DNA of 63,936 bases, filler included, from Atractiella rhizophila (Eukaryota), in NCBI GenBank assembly GCA_021432655.1. It is 3 parts of 3 records of this genome, joined end to end, with 100 filler letters (N's around TTAATTAATTAA, not from the genome) between each part and the next. Parts side by side here need not be neighbours in the genome. Positions count along the whole stretch, not along the records: positions 24,943 to 49,707 come from MU271785.1; positions 49,808 to 63,936 come from MU271821.1; 1 more part is not named here. The stretch is one strand, 5' to 3'. The notes under the pieces are model-generated. The model worked only from the letters and a program-made list of their open reading frames with translations, was not told the origin of the DNA and did no database searches. Of this stretch, positions 41,306 through 54,250 are shown in pieces. Numbering within the stretch: position 1 is the stretch's first letter; each line of letters starts with the position of its first letter. Position numbers and translations under genes: made by a program.

Positions 41306-44300
41306 TTATGCCACGTACTGCGGTTCAAACTAGAGTCAAGGTTATTGCAAAAGGGTTTGACTGACTCACAGCGAACTTCTCAGTTTCTCCATCAATCTTC
41401 TTCAAGATTTCCTTCTCCTCCAATCGTCTGATGACAATGTTGATATCCTTCACAGCAGGGCTGAATTGGGCGTGAAGAGCAGTGATCGTATCCTGGCCCA
41501 GAACAATGTTTACTTAATTCTCTTTGTACCATGGGACCCACCGCCACTAAGCTTTGTCGAGTTAGCTGTTTAGCACATTTCATGACCCTAAAGGGAACAT
41601 AGGAATGAATGAAATGAAGGAGTGAAATGAAGGACCGACGAACCGAACAACCGCCGCTTCGATGGCTACGAGTCGATTTTTATTGACTTGGATCATGACT
41701 GCTGATATTCCATCTTTATCCTTATCCGCATTGAGGCGGTGAAGTGGGATTCGGACCTTTTTACTGGCAAATTCTAAGCTTTAATCAATTCCCGTTGTCA
41801 AGTTCAAGGTGAAAGATCTCACGCAGGTTCAAATGATATTCCTCATTTTCGAACAATAAGAGATGTTGCTTAACTAGTCCATTAAGAAGTCGCTTCACAG
41901 TCTTCTCTGTTAATCCAACCTCTTCCGCTATTGTAACAAGATTCGCACTTGATTTGTCTTCAGCGAAGAGAAGGAGGATCGCAGTTTGGGGAATCGATGC
42001 TTGGATCGTGTATTTGACGGTCGTATATCGTGTTTGCAGCTCTACAGTGGAGAGATGGAGTACGTGTGTCACCTTCCGTCCCCTGCGCAACAGTGAGGTT
42101 CATACCAAGCGGGGGAACAAACGCACCGCTGCTCCCGAGCGAAAAACTGATTGAACTCGTCATGTAATGGTTCTAGAGCTTTTGGAAGTATCATGCCGTC
42201 ACACTCGGAGCGTGGGAAAGTCGACGCAGAAGAGGATAGTACTATGGCGTTAAAATCTGTGATATTATTCTTAAACCATAGATTTCTTCCAACACAAGAA
42301 CGAGACAAACTGATGCTAGACTGTCTCTCTTGGTTAAATTGGTCCAGCAGGGTTTTTGAACAGCCAATATCTATCTACGAATCAACTTCGATCGATTGTC
42401 ATACCAGAAGGTACGAACCTGCAAGCATTCGGATGATCTTTTGTTTATAACTTGATTCTGCCCCCGAGAAAAGCCCAGCAATTTCTGTTTCCTTGTCCTC
42501 ATCGATGCATTCAAATTTTGCTATTCGCCGAGCAAGTCGTCGAGCGTGTAGCTCGAGGAAGGCATCCTTCTGTTGAAGGAAAGAGTATATGCGCAGCTGG
42601 ATGTGCTTTAGCTCTCTGTGACGCCGGAGATATCTAAAAGACCCAACCGCATGCTTGATATTGTCATTAAGAGAACCCTGCAATGGGTCCCCTGGTTTCC
42701 TCAAAACTTCGTCAATGTATGCCGAAACCAAGTTCGCCGCATTTTCCTTCGTGTTTACGAGATCTGTGGAGGCCTGTGTGGAGTCAACTGGGGCTTACTT
42801 CAAAGGAGAATGGACACCTTATCTGTAACTTGGTCAAAGAAAGGTCCTTCGCCTAGCGCTTTCACCTGCAAGACAATGAAATTTAGGGCGGCAATCGTGT
42901 GGTCAACAAATGCGGCTGGGGTGAGAGCCTCTTCAGTATCTGCCTCCTGATCCGTCCCACCGATGTCTTCAACGTTCTGCCTTAGGAGTTTCCCAGCCAT
43001 CTCCATGACGATCCATTGTGCGACTAAGTTCAGAACTGCTTCACATTCTTGAGATTCCGGTGCGAGCTTGGCGAGATATAGGATGTGTTTGACGTCTATC
43101 ATGGGCCATCAGCACTTCTAGTACCATGCAAGCTTTCACATGATATGCAGACCTTCTTCACCTTCCTTTCCAGCCTTAAGTGACTGCGGCAGCCTGTCTA
43201 TGGCGCTTAATCGCAAGATTTTTATGGCACACAACATAACCAACTGTGCTGCCTGTGAGCGGGGATCCCTCGGGTACGAATGGAAGTGATAACCTCATTT
43301 TTCAGGCTCATTATTCTCTCCTTCCATTCTCCCATTGCATCCTCATCCGTAAACAAGGTATCGATTCTCTTGAGACGTGATTCTGCTGCTTCTGGTGGAA
43401 TGGATCGTTCATACTCGAGGATGGGAGAGGCTAGGAGTGCGTCGTAAAAATTAGTGCTTGTGGGAGCGTCCACGTCAACTATTTGACTGTCAACACAATT
43501 TCGGCGGAGGAAAATAAAACAGACGGCATAGAGTTGCACAGCGCGTGAGAAGGGTACCGTTTTGATCCGTTCTCTTCTTTCTCTTCCAACTGGGCGGAAG
43601 GTATGGAAGATCATGCAAGTGGCTCTTCTCACGCTCCTCCGGATCATCTCCCACCTCCTTCCGATAGCATCTCAGAATGGAGCTCCTGATCCCGTTTCCA
43701 GTATTTTGCTGAAGCGCATCGGAGAAAAGAGCGACTTTGACGATATGCTTCACCTGCTCTTTGTCAGGCTCACTTAGCCTTGCATTGTTGTGGTAAACTT
43801 CGACCATCCCCCGCCTCGTAGGATCGGACCTGAGCCACTCCTCGAACGTGGGATGGGAATTGGGATATCGATATGCGGTGTCAGCCACCGAATAATCAAG
43901 GAGTCCAACAGCCATCTGAAGGCCAGAAAGGACTTCGCGAGTCCTCTGCTCCCATAGTGGAAGAAACACTTCAAGGGGCAAACCCAAGAATTCAGTAGAA
44001 AGTTCCTTCAATCGGCTATCGAAAATTGGGAAGACAATACGAAAGAGAGCAAAACGGCACTGGTACGAAGTGTCGAGATACCGTTCGACTGTCCTTACAC
44101 CAATTCCGTGTGAGTCAGTGGAGGCATAACCTGGAAAGAGCAATGGCTCACTTTCTAAAACGAAGCCTTTCAGCTGAATTCAAGCTGTACAATGGATCGC
44201 AAACTAGCTTCTTCATGACATGTTTTATGTGAGAGAGTCTTCTTTTGTTTATGCTTGGACGGTGCGGGTTGATCCAGTCCCCAAGCCAAAAGCGGCGATG

Positions 44301-44633
44301 TTCTGGAATGCAGAGGACGACCTGTGGAATCAGGATCGTCCATTCTACAATGACGAAGGGTATGCATGCGAACCAGAAGACTAAGCGGGCTAGTCCTGGT
44401 CTTCAGACATCCTTCAGCAATATTAGAAACATAAAGGCAATGACACACATAACAGTTGAGACGCTGACGATGAACACGACGCAGAATAAGACAAAGAAAG
44501 ATAACCCAATAATTCCACCGGTGTCAAATTCTCTCTTTGTTGGTTCCTCTTCTTTGGCATCTTGTGCGAACGCGAAATACGGTAGACAGAGGCAGAGAAG
44601 AAGAGAGAATGACTTGAGGTGAAAACATATCAT
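41306..44633 (-). CDS. Divergent cullin (Cul1-like) with a predicted N-terminal signal peptide and transmembrane extension
   Basis: Cullin homology KDAFLELHARRLARRI...QKIIRMLADI...RKVTHVLHLSTVEL...QTAILLLF, neddylation domain RLVAIEAAVVRVMKCAK, and C-terminus EKEILKK...FAYVA*. The cullin body is well supported; inclusion of the 5' exon (44633-44449) is inferred from a 48-nt intron. Confidence 0.8.
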
Positions 44634-46183
44634 GTTAGATGAACACAACAACTATAACAGGAAGTGGCGATCCCAGATTGTTGACAAGTCTGGGTCACTG
44701 TTGGTGATAGACTTATATTGCTTCTCCCTCGACTTTAGAAAGGTTATTGTCGTTCAACACGTTCTTGCGACCCACCCCCGCACTGAGACCCACACTCCAC
44801 TGGTCCAAAGCAAAATGAGGTGTTTAATGGACAAATGTAACCAAAGATTGAAGGAAAGGCACAATGATGTGACAGTCTGATAAGTGAGAAAGGCACAACA
44901 ATGTCATCTCATTTCTATCTAGGATGACAGTGAGGGATAACTTCAACATCTCATTTGCTACAGAAGAATGCACCAGGGTTAGACGCTTCTGTTCGCCCCT
45001 TGCCAAAAGGACTTAGGCATCACATCCGACTAAGGCTCCTCGCTGTTATCAGGTGATACAATCACGAAGTGAGGATGACGCCGACTCCGTGACTCTATTC
45101 TCCCTTCAAAGTCCTTCATTCAAGTTCCCAGAGGAAAAGCGAGGCATTGTGGCTCAGCAGGCTCAGCAGCTGGCAAACAAACGTTCTGACCCTCTCGCAA
45201 TTCGCAGCTTCATTTCTCCTTGCACCAGAGGCCTGGCTCTCTTCTCGTAAGGTCCTACCGGTTGTCTCCTCCGCAGACAGGTTGCTGAATCAACGAACGG
45301 AACGGTACCTAGCACCAGCACGTGAGATCCCAGCGGAAACTCACTCAGAGTCCCAGACTTCCCCAATCATGAATACATTGGGAACGTTCTGCTCATAAAG
45401 AGACGAGATTGATTCGGATTTACAGTACCTTGTCTCTTCTGAGGCCGTCCATAAACGAGCAGCCGCGCTTTTGCCATCACTGTGGCCGAAATGAAGAGTC
45501 TTCTTTTCTGTAGCTTGTCCCGACCCTGAGGACATTAAATCTACAATTCAAGCAGGATCCAGGTTTGTTTATTGCACTGATGCACGGTTCTCTGCCTTCC
45601 TCTCCAATTTCCATTTTGAAGGTTCTAATCATGGCGTTCTATAATGTCATAGCAAAGATCACAGTTCATCTTGGAACTTTGAGAACAGTCCTACAGCGAT
45701 TGTCTGCTGCATATGTTCTAGGTCTGAAGCCAATGCTTATGCTTCATGACTTTCAAGATCAAGGTTTCTGTATTCCTCCTTCCTACATTATCGAATTTTA
45801 TGAACTCATTAGCTTTTGCGAATTTTATGATCCCATGAGCTTTTGCGATTCCACTATAGCATCTAGAGGTGAGAAAGCTGCAACTGCAAGGGAACCAACA
45901 ACCAGACTGACGGGAGGTTGAGAAACTCGATAGTTCCAGAACACTCCTGTCTCAGTCAGGTTCCCACGATGAAACAGTGATGGTGGGACGATGTGCCAGA
46001 ATCTGCCGACGTGACGTTCAAGCACTTCAACTTCCCTTTTTAGAGCTTATCAAACCACCACATTCCTTTTCTCCTTCCTATAACTTTCCAAACAACTTGA
46101 ATATTCAATCGATATTCAACGTTCAACAAGAGGGACATCGTTCAGTAATCAACATTCCTCTTCTTTCTCGATCTATTAACATC

Positions 46184-46948
46184 ATGATGCTTCTCCTCCA
46201 CTTATTCATTGCCATCATCGCTGTGGCGTCTGCTCTTCCCACCAGCGATGAAACCAACGTTCTAGTAGCCAGAAATGACGGCGTCTGGCATGGTAGGGGG
46301 ATCGTTCGCGGAACTCATTACGACAAACCGACCCCTCAACCAACTGTTCACCCACATACGAGCTCAACAGCTGGCCGTCCATCTCCTACCGGACGTCGTC
46401 ACGTCCATGAAGAGGGAACTAGCATCGAGCGGCGTTCCATCCCCGAGCCTGCCGGCGTTGACTTAGGAAATGGTCTCAATGGAGATGCAGTCGGTGTCTT
46501 GGACTCTGTCGGGACGAAGATATATGGTGCGTTCCCTCCCCGTTCCTCCATAGTCCATACTCAAGCTCCTATCCCACCAGGTCACTCCTACACAGCCCTT
46601 CTAAACGATTTCCTCGACCGCCTTTCCGGTGGACAGGCTAACTCTGCCGAGTCTCACCACGAGACCCCTAACGTCCAACACCGAGACGCCTCATCCACCG
46701 TAGTCTCTCGTCTCCAGAAACGCGCAACGGCCATCCTGAAAATCGTTCACGCGAAGGCGTCCTCCTTATCTCCACACTATCAGCCTAAAAGGGCAGTTTG
46801 CGATAACTGTGGCGCTCACTCCACGGGAGAAGACGACGAGTCTTTGGCTGAGGACAAAGAGGTGGAGGATGGTCTTTCCGGAGATGGAGTGGATCAGCAC
46901 GACCACAAAGGAAATAGCGAGTGGATGGGTGCTCAGCGTTCGTGGTAG
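46184..46948 (+). CDS. Putative secreted protein with several Kex2-like dibasic sites
   Basis: MMLLLHLFIAIIAVASA|LP signal peptide, with RR/KR sites (ERRSIP, QKRAT, PKRAVCDNCGAH). Confidence 0.65.
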   Translation: MMLLLHLFIAIIAVASALPTSDETNVLVARNDGVWHGRGIVRGTHYDKPTPQPTVHPHTSSTAGRPSPTGRRHVHEEGTSIERRSIPEPAGVDLGNGLNGDAVGVLDSVGTKIYGAFPPRSSIVHTQAPIPPGHSYTALLNDFLDRLSGGQANSAESHHETPNVQHRDASSTVVSRLQKRATAILKIVHAKASSLSPHYQPKRAVCDNCGAHSTGEDDESLAEDKEVEDGLSGDGVDQHDHKGNSEWMGAQRSW

Positions 46949-47180
46949 CTTTTGACGAGGTGCACCTTCCCTTGAATAATTTAAGCCCGCTCTTATGTGT
47001 CGTGCCTTTACAGGATTCCCCCCATCTTAGTCTTTTGTTGTCCATACTTTTGTTTGAGCGATTGAACCCGTCTTTGTTTTGCACAGAGAGCAGATACAGA
47101 ATCAAGAAGCAAGGTATCGGCATTACGTTGTCTCAATGAGATAATCACCTCTATGGTATATTGATTGTAAGATCTATCGA

Positions 47181-49707
47181 TCATGCTCTCTCCTTCATTT
47201 CCTTCAGCCTCTCCCTCCATTTTTCAACATCCACAAGCTTCCTCTCCAAATCCCTCTTCTCCTCTTCCAAAGCCAATCTCCTCTCAGGGTCTTCAAGCTC
47301 TCCAAATGAGTACCCGCCCTGTCCGTCAAACTGTTCCCATACCGCACACATTTAACTGGACTGTATGCGAAACAGCATGAAAAGCGGCGCACCTGAAGGA
47401 TATATTTGTGATACTTCCACAAACTAGGACGATGTGACACGGTCAAAAGTGTGATTCCAAGTTCTGCACCATATTCGACGATCAGCACCACCGGAGCGAG
47501 AGCTCTGTGAACGAAACACAGCGCACCAGTAGCATGTTCATACATGACCCTCTCGATCTCCAGAGTGACCGCACTGGTGCTCTCATCCAAGATGGCATAC
47601 TTCGGACGATGGTAGAACAACCGCCCGACGGCCAGACGCTGCTTGTCACCTCCCGAAAGGGCATCCCTCCATTCCTTCTTCGCGTCCCAGCCTCCTTCCT
47701 GAGTCAGGATATGGTGGACCTCCAACTTCTTCAACAGTTCCTCCAGATCCGAATCCTTTACTCCTCCTATCCATGCGCCGCAAAGACGCGCAGAATAAAA
47801 TATCAGAATCAGCAGCAGCCCCAAACGCGTGACGAATACAAGGGAGGATACGCACGAGCAATCATCTCCTCCTTCGTATCGGGGTAGATTAACTGGTCCC
47901 TCAATGTCCCAACGCAGAGATAAGGACGTTGAGGAATATACGTGAACTCTCTCGCCGGGGGCTTCGTGACCTTCCCTCCATACACCGGCCACAACCCACC
48001 CAAAATCCTAAACAAGGATGATTTCCCGGATCCGTTCGGTCTATCCCATCCATCCACCAACAAAACAAAGCGAGTCAAGCAGTCAGAAACGGCAGAGCCA
48101 AAGGAAGGGAGGGAGGGGAACGCACCCGACGACGAGCAGGTGGTTTCCTGGTTTGACGTGGAACGAGAGTTTGGGTATGAGGACGTCCCCGTTTGGAGAG
48201 ACGATGGGGACTTGGTCGAAGATGATGTCTTCTTCCGACTCCACGATCTCTCCTCGTCCGCTCAACACTGGTCCATCCGATACCAAAGCGCATTAGCGCA
48301 CAGGCAGACGGTAGAGGGAAGGCAATGCTACGCACCTTTTTGGTGTCCTTCGACGCCGACTTCGGCTCCAGACACCAGTTTCTTCTCGAATTTGCCCTTC
48401 GAAATGTCCTCCATGGTCTCCAACAGGCTCGACACGCGCAGAGTGTATCCCGCGAGTTCGGCCAACTGTAACCACGAACCAAACAAGCAAGATTCAAAGC
48501 TCTCGTTAACGTAGTGATCTGTGAAGTGGAAAGAAAGTACGCGCCTCTTTGTAGCTATACATGACCCTCCCAAACGCGTCGCTGGCACTCAACAACAGTC
48601 TCCTATTCGTCACGAAGCCTAGACACCATCCCATCTTTCGTTAGCTCTCCTTTGTTCATCCAAAATGCAAACGTCCACCCTGTCTCAGAAACGGAAAGCT
48701 GAGAAAAAAGACGCACTCTCCGTCCTCCCACCGAAATCCATCGCTCCTCCTCCACCTCCAGAATTGAAGAAAACGGGAACGGCGCAGATACAAAGTCCAA
48801 GCGATCCCCAGAACCACTTTATGATTCCGTCTTCGACCTTTGTCCACAATTCTCCGTTCAGAATTCTCGCGATGGGATGCAATGATGGGAAGGGACGCAC
48901 CATGCCATGAAGCAATCTCATGCGATAGATCCGGTTGACGTGCTTGACTAAACTGTAGTAAGCTCTTTCGACGATATTTTTCTCAACCTCGTGTCCCCTA
49001 TACAACGCGACCTATCCATCCAATCATCAATCAATCAGCCATTCCTCCTGCTAATATGTACATCTACACAAAAAGAGGAAGAGAGCTCACCTCCTCCGCG
49101 TTCTCAATCAACCGCGTATGCGTGAACCTGAACTCGCCTTCTAATGCTTGTTCTTCGGCTGCGTAGCGCCCGAATGCGGGTGTTAGGAGGCGCAAGAGGA
49201 TGGCGGAGAGTTGGATGATGGAGGATAGGCCTATGAGTGCTTCTGCGCCGACGGAGCGGGAGAGTTGGTAATTGTAGAGTATGACATCCAAGATTGGTTT
49301 TGCAATGTTTCCACTTCACACATTGTCAATGAAGATGAACGATAAGGAAAGGAAGAGAGAGACATACTAAATCAGAGCGAGAGAGTTGGAGAACAAAGCC
49401 ACATCAGCAGTGACAAGTTGATCGGCATTCTTGATCCTATCATCCAAATTCCCCAACGCATAAAACGTCATTCCCCTCAAATAAGTCTCCCCAACCTCCC
49501 TCGTCAACGTCCTCCTATACTCCGTCGCCAACCTGCTCTGCAAGTATTCAATCATCGAATTACAAAACACGGCGGGGATGGCGACGGCCATCCAGGTGGC
49601 GATCCTGCGAGCGAAGATGGCGGGCTGACGACGGACGAGGGCGGAGACGATTCGGCCGTCGAGGTGGGCGACGAGGACGGAGAGGAGGGAGCGGAGGAGG
49701 AGGAAGG
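47181..49707 (-). CDS. Peroxisomal ABCD half-transporter (Pxa2-like), 5' end cut by the scaffold edge
   Basis: [28 protein letters not shown], Walker [10 protein letters not shown], signature LSGGDKQRL, Walker [23 protein letters not shown]. Confidence 0.92.
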
Positions 49708-49807
49708 NNNNNNNNNNNNNNNNNNNNNNNNNNNNNNNNNNNNNNNNNNNNTTAATTAATTAANNNNNNNNNNNNNNNNNNNNNNNNNNNNNNNNNNNNN
49801 NNNNNNN
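49708..49807. other. Artificial scaffold-joining spacer
   Basis: 100 nt of N with TTAATTAATTAA at 49752-49763. Confidence 0.97.
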
Positions 49808-50291
49808 GCAACAATGAACAATCGGAATGTGGTTGACTGTGGGACCGATGATATCCCTGACTACTTACAGTAAAAGTCGTTTGAAGTCTTGCAACGCCGC
49901 AATTGTAGAATGGTATGCCCAGACACCTTACAGGTAGAGGTGCTGAATTTCGACTCAGGGTCCAGGTTCACGCGGCCGAAACTCACGAACTGGTTGAAAG
50001 GAGATGAAACCACAACCCCCACAATCACTCCAGAAGGTTTCACTACTTCTCTAAGAGCAAAGACAGAAAGGAAAAGGGTGAAAACAAAGAGGAGGAAATC
50101 TAGCTAGCATTGAGAATTTTTGGAAACACGAGACACTGTCGCTAGTCCATTAGACAGTTAGATGGACAGTAAAGGCAGGGGGGAAAGTTGGTTCAGACAT
50201 TGCGGCAGGTAGACAGTAAATTTCTGACTCAAACCTTATTTTCCTCTGGTGACGCTAACCAACCCACCAGCTGCGAATCGGTTTTGCTCGA

Positions 50292-51849
50292 ATGTCTGCG
50301 CCAACGACAGAACCCGCTCCATTGCCTCGTCACCTTCAGCAACTGCTCGATGAGCTTGCAGCTGAACCCCCTCCCCCATGTCAGCTAGGACAGGAAATCG
50401 ACGTGATGCAAGAGCATCCAGGACACGATCTACCGCAATCTGTCAGGGAATCCGTGGAACAGCTCTCTGATAGCGATTTGATCCAGCTTACTCTAGGGCT
50501 AATCGATAAACTCGAACCACCTAAAGCGGTCTCAGTAATGAATAGCGAGAAGAAGGAGAAGGAGGACAGAGACATTCTGAAAGGCTTCATTCGATGGGAC
50601 CGAAAGGCAGTCGTAGAGGAGGTGAACAAAAGGAGACCCGTCGAAGAGCACGTTACTTCTGAGAGGCTCAGCAGGAGCTTTGCTGAATTCGTCCTGAGGT
50701 ATCGACACCAATTACGGTCGTTCATTCGCAATATGAAGACTCAGTGTATCTGCGTAGGCATGTCGTTTGTTTCTTGTTGAAAACATCTAATGGCAGTGAT
50801 AGCGAAAGCCACCAAACCGGCAACGCCCACATCAAGTGTGTCTTCCTCAGACCCAACCGTAAAGTCAACCACCTCAGCTCCTGCTGGTCCTCCGCCCTCT
50901 CTTCCCTCTAGCGCCACCTCCCGAAATCGCCGCCATGTTGCGAATGTTCTTAGCTTACCCTGTTCTCACATTACCTTGCTTATTGAGTGCTAGGTTTGCA
51001 AGCGCGATAACAATTGCTGCCGAGTATCTGGAATCCCAAAAGCAGACGACCCTTGTCAAGTGGCCCACCTCTTACCATAGAAAGTACCATCACCAGTAAG
51101 CTTTGACGAGATCCCTATTGAATATCCTTGACTGCAAACACAGTTTTGGTCTTGGATATCACGGATTTTCGGCACTGAATATCATGAAGCAGTATGCGAT
51201 ACACCTGCAAATATGATCCTTATTCATTCATCGGTTCATGCACGAGTTGGGCCGTTCCAAGTGTGGTTTGAGAGGGATGAAAGTAACAATTTGGTGAGCA
51301 ATTCAAGTATTTACTCCGCATTTAACCTGCTGATTATGAAAAAGACTCTACATCTACGAAATGGCGGCAACAAGTTTGATTCTGGAGTAGTCACCGACCT
51401 CGTTCGGATAAAGGACCTTCCGAGAAGTGGAGTCTGGACTGCAAGGGATGACGAGATACTGCAAGAGATGATCGATGAGATCGATGAGATCGATGAGCAA
51501 CGGGGACGAGCTGTCCCAAGCCTTTTCCGTAGGACGTACGATGGGTCGACAGTGTTTCCCGCCTTGACGCTGACAGGCAAAGGTGGTCGGTCCTCCGCTT
51601 AATGTTGAAGATGTCTCCGGAAAGTTTGCCTTCTATCATAAAGCTCTAGGCGACGTCATATGGATGAGCGGAGCGACACGGTGGATGGACGACTCCGATA
51701 GCGAAGATGATGAGGATGTTGATCTAGTCAGGAACGAATGCAGAGGCGGAGAGTTACTGCGAACCAAAACCTGGGTGGAAGATCAGATATCAATGATACA
51801 GCAAAGGGAGATAGAGCGGGCGCCAACACCAACGTCTGTCGATGCGTAG
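50292..51849 (+). pseudogene. Fungal HNH-endonuclease-like gene with an in-frame stop
   Basis: VCKRDNNCCRVSG...CQVAHLLP*...DTPANMILIHSSVHAR...HKALGDVIWMSGA resembles HNH_2-type domains. There is a TAG at 51078-51080 inside the domain and an apparent frame change near 51580. Confidence 0.6.
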
Positions 51850-52230
51850 CATCTGGGTGAGCGTTGAGTAGAAATTAAAGTAAATTCTACCTCGTCCTCC
51901 TCATCTAGCCCAGAGGAGGCCTTTCCACCCTCTTACGAGAGTCTGAGGCCTTTCTGGGACATGGTGAAGGTTCCTTAGTTGATGGAGAGTCAGTTTTGTG
52001 TGAATTTGTGATGAAGGGTGTTCACCGATCACAATAGCGCCTATCCCATAATATTGTCAACAATCACGGTTACTAGTATTTCAAGTTGTTTCTCCATGTC
52101 CTCAACCTTTGCAATGTAGGGGGTGTTACAGGGTCTATGGATAACATGAATCTATTGCAAAAGTGGATAAAAGAAAGGGTAATGTGATTCCAATACTTTG
52201 AGATTCCGCACCATCATTTGTTTTGGTCCA

Positions 52231-53389
52231 TCAAGTTGACATTTCCTTATCTTCTTCCTCTTCCTTCTCAATCGCCACATTCTTCTCAGATTTGTTCCTT
52301 GTGTTCTCCCACATCTTACCCACCACTTCTCCCCTCAACCACATCTCCTCCGGAGTCCACCACCAAGCCAAGAACCCAAAGATGGTCACAGCCCCGAAGA
52401 TGACACAGGCGAAGTTGAACGTTTCCGCAGTGACAGGGAAGGTGTAGGGTGAGAGAATCACACACATCAAAAACACTGTCGTTCCTCGTGTGAGCCCACA
52501 ACATCAAAGTGGGTAGGAAAGGGAAAGGAGGACTCACAATTCCACACCGCTGCAATTACGCAGAAAGGCCTCGACCAACGTCCCAGGGACCACTTTCCTC
52601 TGCTGAAGTTGTGTGGGGTAAAAATAAGCCTACAAAAACGTCAATCAATATTGAATTGTTCTCGCTGAAGCATACCTGAGGATAGGAATGAGTGCATAGG
52701 CTGCGATTGTAGGGACGGCACCGGCAGAAACCAAGGAGGTGAAGGCGACCTGCGAGGGCAGGGACGTGCAGAGCAAGATGGCGGAAACCTATTCGAGTCG
52801 TAGTAAGGGTCGAGAGTGGAGACGATATAAGGAAAGAAGCGCACAGCCCAAATAAAGTACACGCTATTGCTCGGATTCCCATTCTTATCGACCTTCCCGA
52901 TCCACTTGCTTCCAGGAAGCACTCCATCTCTCGCAACAGCATAGATGAGTCGACTGGCAGCTACGACGGCAACTGAGGAATTCTGTCCCAGTGTCCCAAT
53001 CGAGGAGTCAGCAATCATGTAGGAACGCAGAGAAGTGAGAACAGGACGAACGATGAGCAGTCCAAGACTCGCAACCACCGTCATTACCACCTGTCCTCCC
53101 TTTCCTAAGGCGAGTTCGTAAATGAGGACGAACGGTTGTGGCGCAGCGAGAGAGAAGAGTGTATCGAGACTGGGGGAACAGAAGAGGAACAAGATCAAGA
53201 CGGGCTGTATGCATAAACAAATACGTCAAACATGCATTGACGGTAGTCTGGAGGGGTGAGACGCACAAACGCTCCAAGCGCCGATGCGACGCAACCCCAA
53301 AACAAACCTCTCGCGGCCACAAGTCCTGCGTTTTGCGTCTCCTCGGCAATGTGTCCGGATGCGTCGAATCCAGTGAGGACACCGCTCGT
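52231..53389 (-). CDS. 3' half of the APC amino-acid/thiamine permease (second copy, native C-terminus; 5' part lost in the gap)
   Basis: Matches 56210-57264 (offset 3875) but continues to the native end WLRGEVVGK...KEMST*. Confidence 0.85.
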
Positions 53390-54250
53390 NNNNNNNNNNN
53401 NNNNNNNNNNNNNNNNNNNNNNNNNNNNNNNNNNNNNNNNNNNNNNNNNNNNNNNNNNNNNNNNNNNNNNNNNNNNNNNNNNNNNNNNNNNNNNNNNNNN
53501 NNNNNNNNNNNNNNNNNNNNNNNNNNNNNNNNNNNNNNNNNNNNNNNNNNNNNNNNNNNNNNNNNNNNNNNNNNNNNNNNNNNNNNNNNNNNNNNNNNNN
53601 NNNNNNNNNNNNNNNNNNNNNNNNNNNNNNNNNNNNNNNNNNNNNNNNNNNNNNNNNNNNNNNNNNNNNNNNNNNNNNNNNNNNNNNNNNNNNNNNNNNN
53701 NNNNNNNNNNNNNNNNNNNNNNNNNNNNNNNNNNNNNNNNNNNNNNNNNNNNNNNNNNNNNNNNNNNNNNNNNNNNNNNNNNNNNNNNNNNNNNNNNNNN
53801 NNNNNNNNNNNNNNNNNNNNNNNNNNNNNNNNNNNNNNNNNNNNNNNNNNNNNNNNNNNNNNNNNNNNNNNNNNNNNNNNNNNNNNNNNNNNNNNNNNNN
53901 NNNNNNNNNNNNNNNNNNNNNNNNNNNNNNNNNNNNNNNNNNNNNNNNNNNNNNNNNNNNNNNNNNNNNNNNNNNNNNNNNNNNNNNNNNNNNNNNNNNN
54001 NNNNNNNNNNNNNNNNNNNNNNNNNNNNNNNNNNNNNNNNNNNNNNNNNNNNNNNNNNNNNNNNNNNNNNNNNNNNNNNNNNNNNNNNNNNNNNNNNNNN
54101 NNNNNNNNNNNNNNNNNNNNNNNNNNNNNNNNNNNNNNNNNNNNNNNNNNNNNNNNNNNNNNNNNNNNNNNNNNNNNNNNNNNNNNNNNNNNNNNNNNNN
54201 NNNNNNNNNNNNNNNNNNNNNNNNNNNNNNNNNNNNNNNNNNNNNNNNNN

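Noticed and set aside
45000..45540. Possible small minus-strand gene (MSSGSGQATEKK...)
   Set aside because: No consistent splice model or recognisable domain was found.
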